Shown here piece after piece: positions 55,721 to 64,000 of a stretch of DNA of 64,000 nt. Location of the stretch: the NCBI GenBank assembly GCA_964016885.1, contig OZ024742.1, positions 46,314,001-46,378,000 on the forward strand, in the 5' to 3' direction. The position numbers and the translations under genes are program-made. The stretch comes from Eledone cirrhosa. Taxonomy: Eukaryota. Position 1 is the first letter of the stretch. Each line of letters opens with the position of its first letter. Below the pieces are notes generated by a model. It saw only the letters and a list, made by a program, of their open reading frames with translations, ran no database searches and was not told where the DNA came from.

Positions 55721-55899
55721 GTGTGTGTATAGATATGTCTATGTGTGCGCGTGTGTGTGTATATATATATGTATATGTATATTATTATTGTTGTTATTAT
55801 TATTATTGTTATTAATGTATATGTGTGTATGTATATATATATGTGTGTATATATGTATATGTATGTGTGTATATATGTATATATATAGGAACGAGTATG

Positions 55900-55995
55900 A
55901 CCCCGACGGCTGAGCTCAAGCCGTTTCGACGGCTAATTCTGGACTAAATAACATTTTTTATCCTGGTATATGAATAGCCGAGCTTCTCAGGGGGT
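55900..55995 (-). ncRNA. Type I hammerhead, left-arm copy with C3-A8 mismatch (likely impaired)
   Basis: ACCCC-CUGAGAA-G..CGGCUA..UAGCCG-UC-GAAACGGCU-ugagcuc-AGCCGUC/GGGGU. Confidence 0.65.
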
Positions 55996-57515
55996 AATTC
56001 CATATATGGTAAAAGTGATTGTCACAAGGATTAGTCAAAAGTTTGTTGTTGAGACATAATAATTCTATTATGGCAATTTGGGGAGGGAAGGGGTAGCTGA
56101 ACCTGCCAGTAGAAGAAAGAGGGAGAGAGGGTGGAGGAAACCCAGTCGTGCGTTGATAGTGCCAACTAGAGCTGGGCAGAAGGTCAAAAAGATACTAGAG
56201 AGGGGGAGGGGGAGGAAGTCGAAACAATAAGTAAAACAATATGGGGTAAATATATAGAAAAATATTGAGTGTTAAAAAACAATTAAATGTAAAAAAAAAC
56301 AATTTCTGGTTACTATAGTAACCAGAAATTTTTTTTTTTACATTTAATTGTTTTTTAACACTCTCGATATTTTTCAAGACCCAGCTAGACTAGGGCTATA
56401 ATACCCCACTTGCCGATTTTGCAATGGGTAACCCCTGCTTGCCAAGGGAGACGTAAGATCTTCTTTTTATTCTTTTATCGCTTCCTTTATTTCCCTCTTC
56501 CCCCCATCCCTCTTTAGTCCTTCTACCCCAGTTCTTCTTTGTCGGCGTCTTTTCTCGCCCACCCGAGGCTGCCCTTTGGCCCCTTGTAGCCTCAGTACCC
56601 CCACCCCTCCCCTAGTCTATGATAGATTTGGCGGACTCCGCTTTTTATAGCAGTTGTGTTAGACCCCGGATACTTGCCCCCTTTTCCGACCGCTCCCCCT
56701 ATTTTCCGTGCCTTCTATATTTCTTAGTGGCACTTATGCCTTATTTTCTCGTTTCAGTATTTCTTTCTTCTCTTTTCTTTTGGGCGGGGTGGATTCTGAA
56801 TTTATTTTTCCGTATTCTACCTTTACTTCGTACGAACTTTCATGTAGTTTGTATAAGATCTTTTGTAGCGCGGCGGTACCTTTAGAGTTAGCATTAGTAT
56901 ATATTTTTTTCGGGACTCAGAATTATTATCTCGTACTAGTTTACTTTTCTGCACTGGGTGGTTGCTGGCCTTGTGCCCGAGGTAGAAACCTTTATTAATT
57001 ATTTCGTGGTAGTTTCTTTAGTATTTTGGCCCCATTTGTTGACCCGTCACCGTATGATTTACGTACTTATACCTCTTAAAAGGGTCCTTGCCTATTCCGT
57101 CCCACCTAGTTTATTTACTTATTTCGTTATTTCTTTATTTCTTTCGTTATTTCTTTCTTTCTTTATTTATTTATTTTTCTAGCCTAACAATAGCTAGAGA
57201 CTTAGGTCGTAGAACTTGCTTTTATACTCTTTTTTCTTTACACTTATTCGCTTTTCATCACTCTCAGTATTTTTTCTTTCATATATATATTTTTTACCCC
57301 TCATTGTTCTACCTACCGTTTCGACTTCCCCCCTCCCCCTCCCCAGTATCTTCTTTGACCTCATGCCCAGCTGTAGCTGGCACTACCAACGCATGAGTGG
57401 GTCTACTCCACCCTCTCCCCTTTTTCTCCTACTGACAGGTTTAGCCACCATCTCCCCTACTAATTTGCAATCACAGAATTACTACTACCTTTTGACAATC
57501 ACTTTGACCATATAT

Positions 57516-57627
57516 GGAATTACCCCTTGAGAAGCTCGGCTATTTAAATACCAGGATAAATTTTCATTCAGTCCAGAATTAGCCGTCGAAACGGCTTGAG
57601 CTCAGCCGTCGGGGTCTTACTGGTTCC
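57516..57627 (+). ncRNA. Type I hammerhead ribozyme with U3-A8 core variant
   Basis: ACCCC(57522)-UUGAGAA-G..CGGCUA/UAGCCG..C-GAAA(57588)-CGGCU-ugagcuc-AGCC-GUC(57610)/GGGGU; distal stem I GGAA/UUCC. Confidence 0.8.
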
Positions 57628-57709
57628 TATTACCCAATCTACTACCCTAAGTATTGAGTACTTTGGTGCGTTATGGTCCACCTGGTTCCTTACCACATTT
57701 CCTTCGTTT

Positions 57710-58938
57710 TGGGTAAAAGAAAATACAGGAGGATTAATTAATGGTGATTTTATTTAACGTATTCTCTTCTCAGATTCACACACTTATTCACACACTTATT
57801 CGGTTTTTCTAAGCCATGTAAAAAGAACTCGGATTGTTGGGCTTCCAGTCAGGACTCTGTACTAGCGATTACTTCCAAATCTTGATCCTTTGAGATGTCT
57901 TTTCGGTTGTGGAAAGATGTGATAGTCGAAGGGAGCCATGTCAGGAGAGTTAGGTGGGTGGTCTAACAATTCGAAGCCAAAGTCGCGTATTTTCCATAGA
58001 GTTTCATGCGCTGTGTGCACAGGTACATTGTCCTGCAAAAATAGGACACCCCGGCTTAGCTTTTCACGGCATTTCTGCTTCAAAGCTTCACGCAGTTCGT
58101 TTAAGAGAGACATGTAATATTCTGCGTTGATTATGCGACACTTTGGCAGGTATTTTATGCGGAGTACTCCGTCTTTGTCTCAGAACACTGGATCTTTCCA
58201 GATGACTTCTGGGTCCGAAGATTCTTGCTACGCGGTGAAACCCTATAGCGCTACTCCATTGATTGCTCTTGGTATGGAGATCATAATGTTGAAGCCAAGT
58301 TTTATCCATGGTGACTAAACGAGTCAGAAAATCAGCCTCTCTGGCTGCAAACCGGTCCAAAATTGCCTTTGATGCCGTCACTCTGATGCACTTTTGATCT
58401 GCATTCAGGCATTGCGGCATCCATTTTGTGGAACACTTTCTCATGTCCAGAATATTGTGGATGATGTGGCCAACTCTCTCGCGGAGAATTCCCAGAGTCT
58501 TGCTATGACTTTAGCTGAAATCCAGCGATCCTCGAGAATCAGGATGTGCACAACGTCGGCTTTGTTCTTTGTGGTCGCGGAAGTTGGCCGTCCCGACCGG
58601 TGTTCATTTGTGACCGCGAAATGACCAGTATGAAACCTTGACACCCAGAATTCCACTGTAGATTAAAATGGTCGGCAATCCTTCAAAACTACCTTCATCT
58701 CGCCATGGATTTCCGCCGCTCCTTTGCCTTGCAAGAAGAGGAACTTCATGACCGCTTGTGCTTCAATTTTCCCAGAATCCACTGTACGTTAAGTCTGCAT
58801 AAAAGAGAAAGATGTATTGTATACCATCATGATTTTTTGCCCATCTTCTCCTAAATAGTTGTCCTACTATCCCTGTAAAGCTAACAACTGTATCCTTTCG
58901 CGATAACCATAAAGCTACGAACTTTTCAGCACCCCTCG
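57710..58938 (-). mobile_element. Mariner transposon relic (transposase pseudogene)
   Basis: RSGRP, WMPQCL (WVPxxL), LVTMDKTW, FLQDNVPVH, HPPNSPDMAPFDY (YSPDLAPxD); TIR-like CGAGGGGTGCTGAAAAGTTC on the minus strand at 58919-58938. Confidence 0.9.
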
Positions 58939-58948
58939 CGCATACCTC

Positions 58949-59038
<90 letters not shown>

Positions 59039-59092
59039 GTTATTTTAATATATATACTTGAAAATTTCAAACTTGACTGTTACCACAGAATA

Positions 59093-59131
59093 TGAACCTG
59101 AAGATTGCGAAATCATGAAAGTACTTGTTCA
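59093..59131 (+). ncRNA. Minimal type I hammerhead ribozyme
   Basis: UGAAC-CUGAAGA-U-UG-cgaaau-CA-U-GAAA-GUAC-UU/GUUCA; palindromic stem III AGUACU; very short stem II. Confidence 0.62.
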
Positions 59132-59270
59132 ATTAACACTTAACATTTAATATTCCACCATACTATTTCATTATAATACCATTATACATTTTAAAGGATT
59201 GTAAATAAAACGAGTAAATCAGACAAAGTTGGAATTTCTTTTATTAATATGAATATATATATATATACAT

Positions 59271-59463
59271 AACAAAGGAATTGTGGTAAGGAACCAGATG
59301 GACCATAACGCACCAGAGTACTCAATATTTAGGTTAGTAGAGTGGGAAATAGGGAAAAAGTATTTACCCCGACGGCAGAGCTCAAGCCGTTTCGACGGCT
59401 ATTTCTGGACCCAGAAATAGCCGTCGAAACGGCTTGAGCTCTGCCGTCGGGGTCATACTTTTT

Positions 59464-59468
<5 letters not shown>
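59271..59468 (-). mobile_element. Family H1 fold-back element
   Basis: Palindrome 59349-59468 centred near 59410 plus H1 tail 59271-59348. Confidence 0.8.
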
Positions 59469-59521
<53 letters not shown>

Positions 59522-60196
59522 ATGCATGTGCGTGTTGTGTGTGTATGCGTGCGTGTGTGTGTGTGTGTGTATGTGTGCATCTATGTATGTGTGAGTGTGT
59601 GTGTTTATATTTACATTTCATTAATGTTCCGTAACTTAGCAGTACGACTTTGAGATAGATGATATTAGTCTTAAAGAAAGTACTATGGTTAATATTATCG
59701 ACTAAATCCCGTGAAGGCGGCGCCCCAGCATAGTAACTGTCTAATGACTGAAACCAGTAAAGAAGAAAATGATAGAAGTGTTTATTGAGGGGGGGATAAA
59801 TAAGAGAGAAACAGAGATGTTATTTACAGTTGTATAGTGGTTTCGTATTTCATTTATTTTGTAGTGAAAAAGTTAATAACATTTCGAAGAATTAAATAAA
59901 TTTTATAGTTCATCTTTTTAGATTTTCGTGTTTTTTTCTTCTCTAGTTTCCAAAACGAAAAAGGAACCAATTTAAATTCAAATATAACGATTTAGTTTCT
60001 CGGTTTGATTATATAAACTTTAATTCAAATATAAACTTGACTTTAACAATCACGATTTTCTGGTAGCCATTGGTTATCAGAAATCGTGATTTTGGAAATA
60101 TCTGATAAAAACTTGCAATTATCCTCCCCTCTTCCTTCTCCACTTCCACTTCCTCTTCACTCCACTTTTCTCTCTTCTCTTCCTTTTCTCCTACGT

Positions 60197-60530
60197 CATC
60201 ACCATCATCATCATCATCATCACCATCATCACCATCATCATCACCATAACCCGTTCATATTCTTTTCTAGGATTCACTAGTAACTCGACAATCACAGTCA
60301 CCACCACCACCACCACCACCACCACCACCAACATCACCATCACCACCACCACCACCACCACCACCACCACCACCACCACCGCCACCAACATCACCACCAA
60401 CACCACCACCACCACCATCAAAACTAACATCACCACCACCGCTACCACCGCTACCACCGCCACCACCGCTACCACCGCCACCACCACTACCGCCACCATC
60501 ATCATCACCACCACCATCATCATCATCATA
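60197..60530. repeat. (CAT)n/(CAC)n trinucleotide repeat tract
   Basis: Direct inspection. Confidence 0.9.
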
Positions 60531-60586
60531 ATTATCCTCATCTACATCAACTGCTATTGTTGTTATGATTGTTATTAATATGTTAG

Positions 60587-60745
60587 AAGCGGGTGGGCCG
60601 GAGTTGGTAGAGCGTCAGATAAAACTTCATTGTAGTATTTGTTCCGGCTCTTTATATTTTCATTTTAACTTCTACCGAGATTAATTTTGCCTTTCATCCT
60701 TCCGGAGCAGATGAAATAGGGTACCAGTCAAATACTACGGTTGAT
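60587..60745 (+). mobile_element. tRNA-type SINE, diverged
   Basis: A-box-like TGGGCCGGAGTTGGTAGAGCG and GCCTTTCATCCTTCCGGAGCAGATGAAAT...GTACCAGT. Confidence 0.7.
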
Positions 60746-61049
60746 ATAATGAACATATATAAATACGAGAGACTTCCGTCCGTCACACAATGTGTGTGTA
60801 CTAACCCTGAATGTATGTGTGTGTGTAAAAGGAACGGGACGGTGAAACAACTATAGCAAAACAGCGGCTGGCGATCCATTTGCTACGCTGTTTGTGAGTG
60901 TATGTGTGTGTTGGTTTAAATCTGTGTGTGTGTTTGTGTAAATGTATGTGTATTTGTGTGAATGTATGCCTCTGAGTGTGAATTTTTGAAAGTATGTCTG
61001 TGTTTGCGCGTTTATATTTTTATACTCATACATATAAATGTATTCACAT

Positions 61050-61135
<86 letters not shown>

Positions 61136-61899
61136 TCACATATGCGTTAGCGTGTTGAAAAAAATTGTATTTAGCACAAATTTGCTGACATTGTTACTAA
61201 AATATTAATCAATATTATTAAGTTACCAATCAATATATTACAAATCGATATTATTACCATTTGGCTAATTGAGTGATAGAAATGCTATTTAACTACAACA
61301 CTTTAAGTTCTGAGTTTAAATCTCGCTAGAGCTAACCTTATCTTTCATTCTTCTTCAGTTAATAAAACAAGCACTGATCAAGCAGTGGTGTATCTATATA
61401 AACTATTATTCCCTTCCTCGTATCAATAATGTACTACTAGCAGAAAACCACCCGAAGGGTGTATGTGTAGTGTAGTATGTGTAGTCTGCCTATTGATATT
61501 ATACGCAAATATATATGCATGTAGATATGATACATCAAATAAAATTGTAATTGACAATATCCACAGAAATTGAACGAAGACTGCGTTACACGCTCTTATG
61601 TAATCAGTAATATGATACATTTAAAAAAGACGATATTACTGTATTAGGAAAAAAATTAGTGACGGAAATATATGAATGTTTATTTAAGCGATCGCTAACC
61701 TGAAGTGTTGACATTTGAAAATTAAAAAAAAGTGAATCTTTAAATAAACAATAAAATATATTTAATCAACAACTACGAAATTTAGTAGATAAATTATGTA
61801 ATATTCATTCATTATTTATTCAAAGTAATCCAACTTATTTTACTAACTGGATTAAAAGAAATAAACCATACGCAGTCCCGCACTCCTTACTTTATTATA

Positions 61900-62195
61900 G
61901 TTAAGATTGACCCCAAGACAGCTGGTTTTGGTTCAGTCTTTAGAAATTGGATCGCTTTAATGCACAGCGACATCTGCATAGGGGCTGGAGTAAAAATGGT
62001 CACGCCCTCGATTCGTCAAGGGCTCATCTTTCAACCTTTTTAAATATACAGGCTCTCAATTCCTTACTGCGGAAACGGGAGGTATTTAGGTGTGTCCTAC
62101 TCAAACTAGAACACTGGAGGACGTGTCGGTATATATAGACGACGCCACCGTAATGGTGTCAACATCAGGGAAATCGAAGTGATCGGCACCATCTA
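61900..62195 (+). pseudogene. Old Tx1-like RT fragment
   Basis: SIRQG...LLRK...VSVYIDDATVMVS versus VSAYADDVTVMV in 21007-22494. Confidence 0.55.
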
Positions 62196-62796
62196 AAGCA
62201 TAGGTTTCCAAAGTGGGCGCTACTGCCTCCGGGGGCATTGTATGGTCAAGAGGAGCATTGGGGCCTAAGGGGGTGCTGGGGTGAGTGGGTTGACGGTTGA
62301 TATGATATAATAGTATATTAAATATCAAATGATACATATTATATATAAATATAGTAAAATAAAAAATGTATAATATTTATTTATACATAATATATATTAT
62401 ATTATTTATTATATACCATTTACAATTTGCATGTAGGTAGATGTCTCTGGAAATAGGGGTGGGGAGCGCTGGGGGTATTACGCGGCCGTGATGTGATAGT
62501 AGCAAAAATGAATCCGGACAGTGGATTGGTTTGAAGCTCAGTAACTGAAGTTGATTTAATCGGCAATAGCTTTATTCCATAAAGAATGTAATTTTAATCA
62601 AGAGAAGACACCAAGTTTATTAATTTTTTATGTTCAAATTCCGAAAAACAAAAAACAAAAAAAAACAAAAAACTGAATAGCAGTAAAAAGATATATGCTA
62701 GGAATATAATCGATTAACTATTTCTTCAAAATATATAGCTGGAAAACATCATAATTGTTAAATTCATATGTCTCAAAACGGATTTTTAAGAATTCC

Positions 62797-62872
<76 letters not shown>

Positions 62873-62885
62873 ATATCTATCTATC

Positions 62886-63300
62886 TTAATACAACTCACC
62901 CCCTTCTTTAAGTAAAACTTCAGAAGTAAGGCGAGAGTAGAGAGAGAGAGGTGCTGCACCTCACTAAATTCACTGTAAGGCTGGTGAATGTGATGAAAAT
63001 GGTCCGAGTGAATGGGCCTTCTCTGTGTATAAACCTGTAGGTTGAAGAAAACAAAAGAGGTAAGACGGGAACACCTACAATACGTGCTCTTGGTGTTGTG
63101 GGTTGTTCTAACTACGTGATGTAAAACAACCCCGCAGTAACGTTCCTCACTATTAGGTATTTCAATTCTTATTTTATTTTAATATGTAGTTTATTTTAAT
63201 TTATTAATGTTAAAGTTTGTACAACTTTTATGTAAAACCCCCGCCGTCACGTCTTGTAACGTCTCATTTCTTGTGCGCCCTTGAAGCAAATAAAGAAACA
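62886..63300 (+). mobile_element. Diverged Tx1-like 3' fragment between (TATC)n tracts
   Basis: GAGAGAGAGGTGCTG...CGAGTGAATGGGCCTTCTCT...TGTAG and AATAAAGAA match 17445-17787. Confidence 0.75.
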
Positions 63301-63317
63301 TATCTATCTATCTATCT

Positions 63318-64000
63318 ACGAATTTTACGTAGCAATGCCGGACTTGTTCTCCGGTCTCCTGGAAGCGGTCTACTACAACTGGCAGCAGAACGGGAGAATT
63401 CCCAGTTCTGTTACCAGGGGCGTAATAACACTAGTCAGGAAGGCGGCAGGCTTCGGACCCGTGTTCAGGGGCTGGATTGCTGCAATGCGCAACAGCAACA
63501 TCTGCTCAAGAGTCAAAGTGAACGGCTACCTCTCGGAGCCGTTCCATATCACGCGATCCATTCGACAGGGGTGCCTTCTCTCCTCCCTTCTCTACGCACT
63601 GACTCTCGAGCCTCTACTACGGAAGTTGGAGATATTGCAGGGCATCCCTCTGGAACCGGGACTGCAGAAAGCGGCGTCGGCCTACGCCGACGACGTGACA
63701 GTAATGGTGTCGTGCACCTCGCAAATAGAAGAAGTCGGCACCTTACTGAAGGAATATGAAAGGTTCACAGGAGCGAAGCTGAACCGGGACAAGTCCATCG
63801 GTTTGCAACTCGGATCGTGGAGAGGCAAACCGATGCCTTCCGATGGCGTCGTCGGACGCTGGACGGAAGGACCGGTAAAGCTACTCGGGGTCTGGTTTGG
63901 TCCGGACCTCCAGGTGGAGAAGAACTGGAACGAGGTGACGGCCAAGGTGTTTGCACTCACCCAGAAGTGGGCCGAGAGCAAACTATCCTTGAAAGGTCGA
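63318..64000 (+). mobile_element. 5'-truncated Tx1-like RT region with internal deletion, running off the window
   Basis: Collinear with 21194-21317 then 21613-22172 (IRQGCLLS, YADD, LGVWFGP); starts directly after (TATC)n. Confidence 0.88.

Larger units (their letters stand above)
55885..57708 (+). mobile_element. Long (1.8 kb) non-coding family H1 element with ~370-bp diverged inverted arms and two hammerheads
   Basis: 55887-56260 inverted with about 57285-57628; tail to 57708. Confidence 0.8.

Noticed and set aside
62200-62285. hAT-like terminus; also Tigger-like end at 32320-32382 and Tc1-like ends at 34225-34254 and 34922-34950
   Set aside because: Single ends without clear partner TIR or TSD

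Overview
Gene-free, AT-rich, microsatellite-saturated eukaryotic DNA. The SINE and LINE families suggest an invertebrate, probably an octopus or other cephalopod (inference). No host protein-coding exon is recognisable; nearly all real coding capacity is retrotransposon-derived. It comprises an apparently intact R4/Dong-like RLE non-LTR element (46972-50361, -) ending in (TAA)n, a second R4-like family whose copies sit in (TACA)n, a near-full-length Tx1-like element plus three fragments bounded by (TATC)n, an RTE-like LINE with C-terminal C2H2 fingers interrupted by an odd LTR insertion, RTE-derived bipartite non-autonomous elements, tRNA-type SINEs and a mariner relic. The main hidden signal is non-coding. 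About ten sequence-dissimilar families of short fold-back elements sit in (TA)n/(CA)n/(TC)n tracts. Many carry hand-foldable type I hammerhead ribozymes (including a U3-A8 core variant and a 430-bp tandem retrozyme-like unit) and share an asymmetric inverted-arm architecture. Most also share a covarying CUC-[inner stem]-bulge-GAG hairpin, usually just beyond the end of the short arm. I read these as non-autonomous Penelope-like/retrozyme elements with a shared cis signal. All folds and alignments were done by eye.
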